DNA of 63,579 nt, filler included, from Octopus bimaculoides (lineage: Eukaryota), in the NCBI RefSeq assembly GCF_001194135.2. It is 5 parts of 5 records of this genome, joined end to end, with 100 filler letters (N's around TTAATTAATTAA, not from the genome) between each part and the next. Parts side by side here need not be neighbours in the genome. Positions count along the whole stretch, not along the records: positions 43,929 to 50,743 come from NC_068997.1; positions 50,844 to 57,999 come from NC_068993.1; positions 58,100 to 63,579 come from NC_068990.1; 2 more parts are not named here. The stretch is one strand, 5' to 3'. Shown here piece after piece: positions 49,631-61,529 of the stretch. The notes beneath the pieces were generated by a model. It saw nothing but the letters and a program-made list of their open reading frames with translations. It was not told the origin of the DNA and did no database searches. The first letter of the stretch is position 1, and every line of letters begins with the position of its first letter. The position numbers were made by a program, and so were the translations under genes.

Positions 49631-50787
49631 CTAAAGAGTAAGTCAGAAATTACTCATAAGTGCGTCTGTGTATAATTCTGTATATATATATATATATAGA
49701 TGCACATGTGTGCAGGGATGTATGTATATATGTATACATGCACGCAAATAAATCCGTGTGCTAGCGCATGCATGCTTGTATGTGTTAATGCGTGTGCCGG
49801 TGTGACAATAGAAATGTATATATGTATACGAAATTGAGCGTACAAAAATTACAGGCACACGCACGGATACACACACACAGACAGACGCGCGCACACACTG
49901 ACATATATCTATCTACCAAATCACACAGGGTTTCACTCATTAAAATACTTCACCCTTCCTCTACTTCTTCCTCTCTCTCTCTCTCGCTCTCTCACTCGTG
50001 CTCATTCTCCTCCCTCTCACCATACCTCTTTCTGTCACTCACTAATTCTCTGAATGCTTCACTCATTTCTAATAATCAACTGACAATGAAGGGTAGCTTA
50101 CCACTTGCAACATAGAAGGACACGTAACACACACGTACACACGATATACAGTGGGATATATATATATATCTATATACACACACACATACACTCACACACA
50201 CAATGACGCACAGGTATGCACACACACACACATACACAGCACAGTGGTAGACAGAGAGGAGAAGGTTGTTATATGCAAGTTCTTAATGAAATCTACCTGG
50301 CGTCAGGTAGGATTGTGTGTCCAGCACCGCCTGTCTTTCGATGACGTCACAAGCAGGGAAAGTGCACACACACACACACACGCACACACGCACACACATT
50401 CATAGACGTACTTATACACACAAGTATACATATATTCAGCCACACACAAATATATTTATATAGACAGGAATATTACACACACGCACACACATATGTTTAT
50501 TTTAATAAGCAACTCACAAGTAATTATCTGTGTTACATTTATGTATGTGTGTATGTGTGTTTATATATACATATAAACATATAAACATACACACACACAT
50601 ACACATATATATGCTCATATGTACACAAGTATTTGTAGTATATGTATATATGTATGTATGCACGCAAACACATGCACGCGCATAATACCTCCTGGTGTAT
50701 GCTTATACAGTTTAGTTCTGACAGGTGAGAGAAAGAAAACGAANNNNNNNNNNNNNNNNNNNNNNNNNNNNNNNNNNNNNNNNNNNN

Positions 50788-50799
50788 TTAATTAATTAA
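50788..50799. other. Assembly spacer TTAATTAATTAA
   Basis: 44 N on each side. Confidence 0.95.
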
Positions 50800-51107
50800 N
50801 NNNNNNNNNNNNNNNNNNNNNNNNNNNNNNNNNNNNNNNNNNNTAATCGCTGTGTTTGTTGGCTGTTTACACGTTTAACTTCACAGTCCCTCTATGTTTT
50901 GTGTTCAGCCCTAGTGGCTAACGAAGAGATTATTATTATTATAATTACAATTATTATTATTATCATCATCATCATCATTATTATTATTATCATTATTATT
51001 ATTATTATTATTGAGAGAGCAGTGCATGCCATCAGTTATTATAATCATCATCATCATCATTATTATTATTATTATTATTATTATTAGTAGTAGTAGTAGT
51101 TGTTGCT

Positions 51108-51164
<57 letters not shown>

Positions 51165-51547
51165 ATAGTAGTAGTGGTGGATATTGTGGTTTTAGTGATG
51201 GTTGTGGAGTAACAGTAGTATCAAACCACTGCCAATTTTATCGCTATTCCTCTGCAAAAACAAAAGGAAGAAAAGCACCATACTCCTCTACTCCCCCAAT
51301 CCTTGTTTTTGGTCCATGTGGTTCTGTAGACAAGTGGAGTTAGTAAGAAAACTATTTCTTTTTTATAGTCATTTTTTACCTAAAATTTATGTAATTTGAC
51401 TTCCTGTAGAAAATTAGATCAAGAAAAGATGTAGTATGTCGTCGGATATTAGTTAGTGGAGAATATTTACTAATAATTAGTATTGCCAACAATAATCTTC
51501 TATTGTTTATTGCAGTTTAATATCATTCCGAAAGAAATATAACGTCT

Positions 51548-51609
<62 letters not shown>

Positions 51610-51902
51610 NNNNNNNNNNNNNNNNNNNNNNNNNNNNNNNNNNNNNNNNNNNNNNNNNNNNNNNNNNNNNNNNNNNNNNNNNNNNNNNNNNNNNNNNNNN
51701 NNNNNNNNNNNNNNNNNNNNNNNNNNNNNNNNNNNNNNNNNNNNNNNNNNNNNNNNNNNNNNNNNNNNNNNNNNNNNNNNNNNNNNNNNNNNNNNNNNNN
51801 NNNNNNNNNNNNNNNNNNNNNNNNNNNNNNNNNNNNNNNNNNNNNNNNNNNNNNNNNNNNNATATATATATATATAAATATACATATATATATACATATA
51901 TA

Positions 51903-54900
51903 CATATATATGTTAAATAAAATGAGACAACAAAGCCAAGGTTGTGTGGAGTTTTCAGGACATTTATAAAGAGAAATTTAGTCTTACAGCTGTTTATGGG
52001 ATATTAGGGTTATCCCTTCATCAGAGACGATGTGAGATGGTCAAATAGAAGGAAATATTAGAGTTCAATATAGGAGTTATTTTGGAAAAGGACGCAAATA
52101 ACGAATATATAAGAAAATAGGAGAATGAATGTAGAAATAAAAATAAAAATGTATTAAGATGTTATAGTTGCAGTTCCATTATCCAAGGAAAGTGGTGTGT
52201 AGAAGTGGTATAAATGCTTCTTGTCCGTGGTCTGTATATTCCAACAGGAGTTCATATTTTGTCACCACAAATGGAAAGTGTGGAGATGTAAATTCCATGT
52301 ACTGTTCACTCAAAGGCTCTTGTGTTGTGAATGAAAATTTGAGGATATATTGATAGTATTAAGTGGATAGAGAGGAGAGAAGAGCTGTGTATGTTAAAAT
52401 AAAGAGAGCGGTCAGAGGAAAAGGTGAGAAAAGAATAAGGAAAGAAAGAGGAAGAAGAGGAAGGAGAGGAAGAGAAGATGAAAACAAGAAGAGAAAATAA
52501 AATAGTGTGGAGAAGTGAAAAAAATAAAAATATAAAACGAAAAACGAAGAGAAAAATAAAATGAAAAAGGAGTGTTCGTTGGTGGTCAAGATATTAAATT
52601 GGGAAAGGAGTAGAGGTGGGGTAAGAAGAGATAAGAATGTAAGTAATGAAAATGTGTGAGGTCTATGAGGTGAGGTGATGTGTTAGAATAACATTAAGGG
52701 ATGGGTACAGAAAATGTTGTTGTAGAGGGATTTATAAAGTGGGAAGTAAACTAGAAAATGGAGGTGGCGGTCATGTTTTTATAAATAGACTTACGTGTTT
52801 ATTCTACTGGCTAATGTGGTAGTGTAGGTAGGGGTATCAGAGAGATAGAAAGTAAGAAGTGCATATTGATATACGCACATACACACACATGTGTACATGT
52901 GTGTAGGCATGATTATATAGGCCTGCGTACTTGTGTATTTAAACCCGTACGCATGCATATATATATACACATACACACAAAAACATATACACGCACATAC
53001 ATATACACACATACGCATGTATGCACACATATGCACACACACGCATACATATACATACAAACACATATATAAGCACACACATACGCATACCCATAAATGC
53101 ATGCATATACGCATACACGTCCGCACATACACATGCCTATATACACACGTAGACACATATACACGCACACACGTGGGTAGACACACTCGCACAAATGTAC
53201 ATATACCTACGCTCACACATCCGCATACGTACGCGTATACATGCCCATGTATGTAGTATTAAACAATTAAAATAATATTGGGATGTTAAAAAATAGTGGA
53301 AAATTAAATAGGGTTGTTGGGTATTACTTAAGTGGTGTTCGAGAAATGTGCTGAGTCATTATTTAGATTGCATTTTGGTCTGTGTTAAAATTTGAAGCTA
53401 TTGAAAAGCGGTAGCTGCTTGTACCTAGGGCCTCATTATATATATTTAGTAGTATGTGTTTTAATATGTGGAATGACTCTTTTAGGTATAGCTGACAGGC
53501 TGAGTACTGACCTTTGTATGGAACTCTGAATCTATTATGGACCATAACATGATATAGAGAAGGTTTCTACTTTTGCGAGGATGTATGTGACTGCCGAAAG
53601 TTGTGGATTTACTGTGTATTTCGTATCTAAAAGAATTTAGAAGCGCAGCGTATCCTTGTTTTAAATTTGTAGTTGATCCTATATATATGGTTGTGGAATT
53701 GCGTAAAGTATTGATGACGTGCATTTATAAATTACATTAGACCTTCTGCAATGGGTTTGTAGAAGGCAGATGGTCCAGGACGGCCGTTACATAGTAGTGC
53801 ATTGTGTGGATTATTCTCAGGAATGGAGGAGTTGATACTGTCAGTGGAGATGTTCGGGATGGGAGTAGATTGGTCTATGTTATTAACATTATTATTACCA
53901 TTATTACTATTTCTATGGTTGGTGTTATTTATCTTATCTGTAATAGTTATGGAAGTTGTTTTTGCAGTATTCTGGTTAGTGTTAGTGGGATTGGTAGGTT
54001 TTCTGCTGTGGATTAAAGTATAGGGTTCGATATTGGAGGTATGTATATGTTGGGCACTTGTCTATTTAGAGTTGTTACAATGTAAGTTGAAAATAGAGAG
54101 AAAGTTTTCGTTTATTTGATGCTGTTATGATAGGCTTAAAATTGGGCGGGGAGGATGGGATAGTTTTCAGTTAGATCTATTAAAAATTGAGTAATATTTA
54201 TGTTGACGAGGGAAGTTGGAGTACAGTATATTGAAAAAGGATTTTGCTATGTTCTTAACGTTTAGTGAGAAGGTGGGGCGTATACCATAGACCAGAGCGT
54301 CCACTACTTTTGTTTTTGGTTGTTTAAGAGTAGTGCTTTCTATATTTTTAGGTATTAGAGTTGGGTAATATGGCTTGTTATATTTAGCTGTTTTAGTTTT
54401 TGACCTAGTACAATATGTGTGCGTGCAGATTGTAATCTTTCTTAATCTGGGTTCTCCTGGGGTTCTAGTATAGTAGTGCGTGGTCTGTTGTGATTCTGGT
54501 AGTTGGAATGCCGTTGTGATATGATTTGAGATATATGTTTTTTTAGCCTAGTATTAGGAATGTATTTTATTTGTTGGGAGAAGCAGCTGGCAGCGAGCGC
54601 TTGGTTGTAGTATGAGGCGTGTTTATCGAATATTTCCTCCGTGGATGAGAGGTCAAATATACGAATTGAGATACCCTTACCTATGTTATCAAAGGTGGAT
54701 TGATGTTTAAGTACTTAAGGTATTAATTAGGTTTGTGATATGGGAGATTTCTAAGTTTAAAGTTACGGCTAGAAAAATTAGTGGTTTTGTGGGAGTTTTC
54801 ATAAGTAATAGATAGATTGAGGCTAGAGAAAAATATGCGTAGATCTTTCCTAGTTCATTCCAAAGAGGATTTATTTAAGTTCTAGGTTACTAGCAAGGCC

Positions 54901-55374
54901 TCATCTCTGTAGAAGCCTCATCTCTGTAGAGGCCTCCCTTGATGTTAGGGTGTTAGGGAAATGCATCTGGAGCTGATGGAGCATGTATAGTCCGACGAGG
55001 TCGGTGACTTGCGCGGAGTCGGATGATCCCATAGTAATGTCAAATAATTTGCTATAGTTATTGTTATAGTTATTGTGGTTGGCCCGGTGCCAAATTTTAC
55101 CCTCAAAGAAATAAGGGTTTTACAGGCATTAAGGATTATGTTAATTTCTAGTGGGGTCAGATTAGTTAGATTCCTAGCTAGAAGGAGCGCTTGATTAAGA
55201 AGTTTGGGAGAAATAGAAGAGTAGTAATTATTTATATCGAATTGTAGGAAAAAAGAAGAGTTTTTGTTGTTAAAGAGCTGGAACCATGTTATGACTTCAC
55301 CTGTACAGGACCATAGGTTGACATTCAATTTCTCCTTGACGACTGGCATTATTTTATCTAGAATACATCGAACC
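51903..55374 (-). mobile_element. Penelope-like element (Naiad-like), 5'-truncated and dead: RT, linker, GIY-YIG, 3' pLTR region with HHR
   Basis: VRCILDKI..LWSCTGEVITWF..FLQFDINNYYSSISPKLL; FDITMGSSDSAQVTDLVGLYML; GLYRDE (YRDD site); NFLAVTLNL; LWYTPTFSLNVKN; NVIYKC..IYIGSTT; ACQLYLKESFHIL..LLN.YNEALG. The clade label is inferred from the MGSxDxAxxxxLVG/YRDD motif set. Confidence 0.92.
51981..52028 (-). ncRNA. Minimal type I hammerhead motif (GAAA mutated to UAAA)
   Basis: Minus strand: GUCU CUGAUGA A GGGAUA-ACCCUAA-UAUCCC A UAAA CAGCUG UA AGAC. Confidence 0.75.
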
Positions 55375-57127
55375 AACCCTATACTTTAATCCACAACAGA
55401 AATCCTGCCAAACCCACTAGCACCAACCAGAATACTACAAAAAACAACTTCAATAGCTATTACAGATAAGATAAATGACAACAACCATAGAAATCGTAAT
55501 AATGGTAATAATAATGTTAATAACATAGACCAATCTAACAGTATTACACCTCTATTCCTGAGAACAATCCCCACAATGCACTACCATGTAATTGCCGTCC
55601 TGGACCATCTGTCCTCTACAAACCCATTGCAGGAGATCTAAAGTAATTTATAAGTGCTCCGTCCTCAATACGTTACGCAATTGTAAAACATATATATAGG
55701 ATCAACTATACATTTAAAACAAGGATACGCTGCACCTCTCAATTCTTTTAGATACGAGAAACGCAGTAAATCCACAACATTCGACAATCACATACATCAT
55801 CTTAAAAATAGAACTATTCCTTATATCATGTCACGGTCTATAATAGAGTCAGGGGTTCCATACCAAGATTAATACTCAGCCTGTCAGCTGTACCTAAAAG
55901 AGTCATTTCACATATTAAAACACAACTCTTCAATACTACTAAATAGATATAACGAGGCCCTAGGTACATGCAGCCACCACTTTTTCCATATCTTCAAATT
56001 TTGCCACAAACCTAAATGCAACCTAATTAACCACACAGCACATATCCGGAACAGCACTTAGGTAATCCCCAAAAACCCTATTTGAATTGCCATTAATTTG
56101 TTAACTCCCCAATGTTATTTTGATTGTTTAATACGACACATATTGGCATGCATACGCGTACGTATGCGGATGCTGATGTATGTGCGTACGTATATGTATA
56201 TGTGTGCGTGTAAGTGCGTGCATGTGCGTGTACGTGTGCATATATATACATATGTGTATGTATATGCATGCGTGTGCATGCATGCGTATGTGTGTATATG
56301 TATGTGCGTGTATACGTATGTGTCTATGTATATATATGAATACGTAAGGGCTTAAATACACAAGTGTATTTAATTGTACATATGTGCATGCATATACCAA
56401 TATACACATCTTTCTCTCTGATTCTCCCACCCACACTATCACATTAGCCAGAATAAATACATAAGTCTATTTATAGAAACTTGTCCATTCTTAATACCCT
56501 TCCCTTCCGTTTTGTAGTTTACTGCTCACTTTAGAAAAAAACCCTCTTATACCTTTTTTTGTACCCATCACTTAAAGCTATTCTAACATATCACCTCACA
56601 TCACACACCTCACGCATATTCATTACTTACATACTTAACTCTTCCTATCACTCCTCTACTCTCCCACCCCCTCTTAACATCTTGACCACCAACGAACACT
56701 CCTTTTTTCATTAAAAAAATGTTTCTCCTCTTTTTTCACTTCCTTACACTTTTTTATTTTCTCTTCTTGCTTTCATATTCTCTTCTTCCTCTTTCTTTCC
56801 TTTCTCGCCTCTTCCATTTATATCACTTCTACACACCACTTCCCTTGGATAATGGAACTGCAACTATAATATCTTAATACATTTTCATTTTAATTTCTAC
56901 ATTCATTCTTCTATTTCAATATATATTTCCTTTTGGTTCCTTTTCCAAAATAACTCCTATATTGAATTCTAATATTTCCTTCTATTTGACCATCTCACAT
57001 CGTTTCTTATGAAGGGATATCCCTAATATCCCAGAAACAGCTGTAAGACTAAATTTCTCTTTATAAATGTCCTGAAAACTCCACACAGCCTTGGCTTTGT
57101 TGTCTCATTTTATTTAACATATATATG
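55375..57127 (+). mobile_element. Inverted duplicate of the PLE 3' region (linker, GIY-YIG, pLTR)
   Basis: Reverse complement of 51903-54028 with indels. It reads PCNCRPGP-CPLQTHCRRSKVIYKC..YIGSTI and ACQLYLKESFHILKHNSSILLNRYNEALGTCSHH. Confidence 0.93.
57002..57049 (+). ncRNA. Minimal type I hammerhead motif (CUGAUGA mutated to CUUAUGA)
   Basis: GUUU CUUAUGA A GGGAUA-UCCCUAA-UAUCCC A GAAA CAGCUG UA AGAC. Confidence 0.75.
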
Positions 57128-57267
57128 CTCATACAAGAACCGCATTAGACTCCTCGTCTAATAGTATTATTATCGAACCGATACTTTAACTACGGTCCTT
57201 CCATAGAACTTACATAGCGTTACCTGTCACCTTGGGTCTTCTGAATACCAATACTTCTCATACAAAC

Positions 57268-57333
<66 letters not shown>

Positions 57334-57395
57334 NNNNNNNNNNNNNNNNNNNNNNNNNNNNNNNNNNNNNNNNNNNNNNNNNNNNNNNNNNNNNN

Positions 57396-57439
<44 letters not shown>

Positions 57440-58043
57440 ACATGTATATTTACACAAACACACATACATCTAAATATAGACATATATTTGTTTATAAAAA
57501 ATACATCTACACAAATACGGTCCCATACTTATTCACAGGTACACTCATATATGAATATGTAAAGAAACCTATGTATAAATAAATACATCTGTGCACAAAA
57601 ATGTACATACATCCCAAAAATCATACGTAAATGCATATTGATATATTTTTTTTAAAGTAATGGTAATAAGAGTAAAAATAAGAGTAAAAATAAGGGTAAA
57701 AGTAAAAATATAAATGATAATGCGTATATGTACACAAAAAAAAATTAATAGAAACACCTCTAGTTTATACAAAACCCTGAATATGTATACACAGACACAC
57801 ACACACATTTTCTCTCACATATACACGTGTATATATAAACACCTATACCGGCATATTCATACGTACATAAATTTTGTATGTGTTGGTTGTTACAAGAGTT
57901 TATCAAGATTTAAAATATGTTCTAATTTAGGTTAATAAATTACGAAAGTTTAGATAAATAATTTGAATCGTAAATAATTTTAATATTCTAACCTTTGAGN
58001 NNNNNNNNNNNNNNNNNNNNNNNNNNNNNNNNNNNNNNNNNNN

Positions 58044-58055
58044 TTAATTAATTAA
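58044..58055. other. Assembly spacer TTAATTAATTAA
   Basis: 44 N on each side. Confidence 0.95.
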
Positions 58056-58099
58056 NNNNNNNNNNNNNNNNNNNNNNNNNNNNNNNNNNNNNNNNNNNN

Positions 58100-58223
58100 A
58101 CCAATTTCACTCACAAGGCTTCGTTCGGCCCGGGGCTGTAGCTAGAAGTCATTTTCTCGAGGTGCCACATAGTGGGACTGAACGTGGAACCATGTGATTG
58201 GAAGCAAACTTCTTACCACACAG
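58100..58223 (-). mobile_element. SINE family B 5' half
   Basis: GGTGCCACATAGTGGGACTGAAC..GGAACCATGTGATTGGAAGCAAACTTCTTACCACACAG. Confidence 0.88.
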
Positions 58224-58558
58224 ATACTAATTAAAAGGTATGAATCAGGAATTCCAAGCAAGAAGGCTGTGCTCACCAAAGTCTGACTATAACTAACTCT
58301 GAATATACCTCTGACTGCACCAAAAGATATTCTTTTCGTTCTTATCAAATTAAAGTTCCCTTATTTCAATAAACTATACAAGTGAAAGCATTTAAATGTC
58401 ACTTGAACGTTTCCAACATGGTGGACGAGCATAACCTCTTGTTCTCCATTTCATTTCACTTCCTCTACTTTTCTTCTTGTTCTTTTTATTTAAGAGGTTT
58501 GCTCAGTTGAAGCTCAGCTACACTTAAACCACCACCGCCGCTATAACAACAAGAACAT

Positions 58559-58618
<60 letters not shown>

Positions 58619-58802
58619 TAGCAGCAACGCATTTTATCGACATAAAATGAGAAAAATGTTTATCATGAAAAAAGCATAATGATTTACATACTGCAAGTCA
58701 TTCAGTTTGGGTCTCTACAGTTTCTGGCAATTCTGTCAATAGGCGCTGGCAGGATTNNNNNNNNNNGTGTGTGTGTATTATGAGTGTATATATGTTTGTG
58801 TG

Positions 58803-58925
58803 TGTTTGTTCCCCCAACATCGCTTGACAACCGATGACAACCGTATTTACGTCCCCGTAATGTAGCGGTTCGGCCAAAGAGACCGATAGAATAAGTATTA
58901 GTCTAATGACTAAAACAAGTATAGA
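58803..58925 (+). mobile_element. SINE family B 3' half, internally deleted
   Basis: CCCCAACATCGCTTGACAACCGATG..GAGACCGATAGAATAAGTA..ATGACTAAAACAAGTA. Confidence 0.82.
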
Positions 58926-59233
58926 ATAGATGTTGCTATAACAAATATTTACGAAGTAATTAAGATTAAATCCTTCTCAAATGAGTTTAACCTGCTATTT
59001 TTCTTGCACTTGTTGTGTAGCCACTATGTCAACTCTTATCGAGCAAATCTATGATCAAGTGTATTTCATTTGTGGTCATTTTGACTTTAAGGAGTATGTC
59101 TAGTACTATATTATCTACTGTTCTTTCCTTATTTAAGATGGCTGGGAGTTAATTATGGTAGAGTTGGTTATTCTTTCTAGCTGGTCAAATGGCCACAAAC
59201 AGTCTTCTGCGTCAAAATATTTGATTTTTATGT

Positions 59234-59436
59234 TTTATTCTTTTACTTGTTGCAGTCATTTGACTACGGCCATCCTGGGGCACCGATCAGAAAGGTTTTA
59301 GTAGAACAAATAAACCCTCACGGCTGAGTTTTTAAGCCTAGTGCTCATTCTATCGGTTCATTTTGTCGAACCGCCAAGTTACAGGGACGTAAACACCAAC
59401 GGTTGTAAAGCGGCGGTAGGGGAACAAGCACAGACA
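59234..59436 (-). mobile_element. SINE family B 3' half
   Basis: TCTTTTACTTGTTGCAGTCATTTGACTACGGCCATCCTGGGGCACCG..TTCTATCGGTTC..GTTACAGGGACGTAAACACC. Confidence 0.85.
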
Positions 59437-59710
59437 CAAAGACACAACACACTCATTGGGATAGTTACTCAGTTTCCATGGAGCCGAGATCACAACATTC
59501 TCCCTAAACTAGACACCAATCTGCTACCGGATTACTCAGTTACAGCTGAATGAACTGGAACAACGTGAAATGAAGTGTTTTGCTCAAAAATACAACACAC
59601 CGCTCGATCAGGGAATCTAAACCAGTGCTCCGCAGCTGGTATGCCGCGGCACACTGGTGTGCCATGAAACGATGTTAGGTGTGCCGCAGTGTAACCTGAA
59701 TATAATTTTT

Positions 59711-60313
59711 GGATCTTTTTTAAAACGGGGGCCACATTTTTCATTAACGAAACACTTTGAAACTTGGAACACTGGTAGAATGTGTCATATAAAACATCTT
59801 TTTTTCTTAGTCTTCTTAAAAAAAAAAAGAAATCCATAAATTATTCCATGTTAAAGTTGTCGTATTTCTGTAATTTCAACCAATCACTGACGTCCATTCA
59901 GCCGATATACATTAAGTGCCGACTACATAAACAAACGATTCTGAAACAATTAACCCTAACCCTAACCCTAACTCTAACCCTAACCCTAACCCTAGGGCTA
60001 GAGTTAGGGTTAGGGTTAGGCTTAGGCTTAGGGTTAGGGTTAAAGCAAATTTAAAATGAAAAAAGCAAATAAAACGAAGGATCGTTTGTTTATGTAGTCG
60101 GCACTTAATGTATATCGGCTGAGTGGACGTCAGTGATTGGTTGAAATTATCGAAATAAGACAATTTTTTACATGAAATAAATTCGAATACAAAAATATTT
60201 TTCTGTTCTATAACACAAAATAGATAAGTATACGAAGTTTGAAAGTCTTTCGGTACCAAAAGCACTACGTAAAACATTAATGAAAAATGTGGCCCCCGTT
60301 TTAAAAAAGATCC
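59711..60313. mobile_element. 603-bp foldback MITE with perfect 37-bp TIR and 8-bp TSD
   Basis: GGATCTTTTTTAAAACGGGGGCCACATTTTTCATTAA and its exact reverse complement at 60277-60313, with TAATTTTT on both sides. An inner 69-bp IR matches 68/69 (59871-59939 / 60081-60149). Confidence 0.9.
59950..60043. repeat. Palindromic interstitial telomeric repeat (TAACCC)7-(TTAGGG)~8
   Basis: Symmetry centre CCCTAGGG at 59990-59997, with variant units TAACTC, TAGAGT and TAGGCT. Confidence 0.95.
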
Positions 60314-61529
60314 TAATTTTTTCCCCTATACTTTTAGTTAAGAATTTTGAAAAGAATATAAGTGTGCCGCAAGTGAAAAAACCGTTGCGGAGCACTCATC
60401 TAAGCCACTATTTTGCAATCGTGAGTTCAATACTTCAATCACTAATCTGCCCACGAGCCTTCGGTTATTTAAAGATGTCAGACTGTGATTTGAGTAAGAT
60501 TTGGCTGCTATTTCTTGCGGGTCGAGTAATCTTCTTAGCTGTGTTGTGGTTCGGTCTATTCAACGAAATGTCAGATTGCGAATTAAGCATCAACACAATC
60601 ATATTGTAAGTACGATACATACATCATCTTATGTATTACTCCGACTCTTATCGTTATGCAAAGACAAGAAACAGAATTCCTTTAATACTCTTAACCAATC
60701 AATACCAAATCTAAAAAGTTTGATACACCTGACAACAAAATAAACCAAATAAACAGAAGTAAATTCGTATCGAACATGGCGGCGGTGAATATAGCCCAAG
60801 ACGCCATTGTCCATGTCGAGAAGTAAATTTGGAAGATCAATCGAAAGTTATACGTACTGAGTCGAAGTGAAGGATTAATAATTAACTACTGGCACGGATA
60901 TTCAAGCTGTTAATATATGTAATCTCTCTCTCAAAGATAAAAATTCATTTAAAACTTTATTGCCTTTTTGAACCCGGATATCATATTAGTGGTGAACACA
61001 CAATCAATCAGTGTTGCGAAAGAGCTTGAAGTGAAACAGCAAAATTGCCGTCTTGAAAGCAAAATGAGGAGGGGGANNNNNNNNNNNNNNNNNNNNNNNN
61101 NNNNNNNNNNNNNNNNNNNNNNNNNNNNNNNNNNNNNNNNNNNNNNNNNNNNNNNNNNNNNNNNNNNNNNNNNNNNNNNNNNNNNNNNNNNNNNNNNNNN
61201 NNNNNNNNNNNNNNNNNNNNNNNNNNNNNNNNNNNNNNNNNNNNNNNNNNNNNNNNNNNNNNNNNNNNNNNNNNNNNNNNNNNNNNNNNNNNNNNNNNNN
61301 NNNNNNNNNNNNNNNNNNNNNNNNNNNNNNNNNNNNNNNNNNNNNNNNNNNNNNNNNNNNNNNNNNNNNNNNNNNNNNNNNNNNNNNNNNNNNNNNNNNN
61401 NNNNNNNNNNNNNNNNNNNNNNNNNNNNNNNNNNNNNNNNNNNNNNNNNNNNNNNNNNNNNNNNNNNNNNNNNATATATATATATATATATATATATACC
61501 ATATCATCATCACCATTTAACGTCAGAGA

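Larger units (their letters stand above)
59623..60397. mobile_element. hAT-family MITE (164 bp without the inner insertion)
   Basis: TIR CAGTGCTCCGCAGC / GTTGCGGAGCACTC (12/14). 8-bp TSD ATCTAAAC (59615-59622) / ATCTAAGC (60398-60405). Subterminal GTGTGCC motifs. Confidence 0.88.
59530..60452 (-). mobile_element. SINE family C interrupted by the nested hAT MITE
   Basis: 59530-59622 (CAGCTGAATGAACTGGAACAACGTGAAATGAAGTGTTTTGCTCAA) and 60398-60452 rejoin into a family C core plus tRNA-like head. Confidence 0.75.

Noticed and set aside
50342-50349. Perfect CRE site TGACGTCA (and AP-1 TGAGTCA at 8101)
   Set aside because: Single 7-8-mers are expected by chance in 63 kb, and there is no independent evidence of regulatory function.
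53300-55374. Selenoprotein-type Naiad (in-frame UGA recoding)
   Set aside because: The Cys positions around the GIY-YIG domain are Cys codons or ordinary substitutions. The TGA codons seen in the RT lie at non-Cys positions amid frameshifts, and no SECIS was identified.
59950-60043. Relic of a telomere-telomere chromosome fusion
   Set aside because: The polarity is opposite to a fusion, and the tract sits centrally inside a TIR- and TSD-bounded element.
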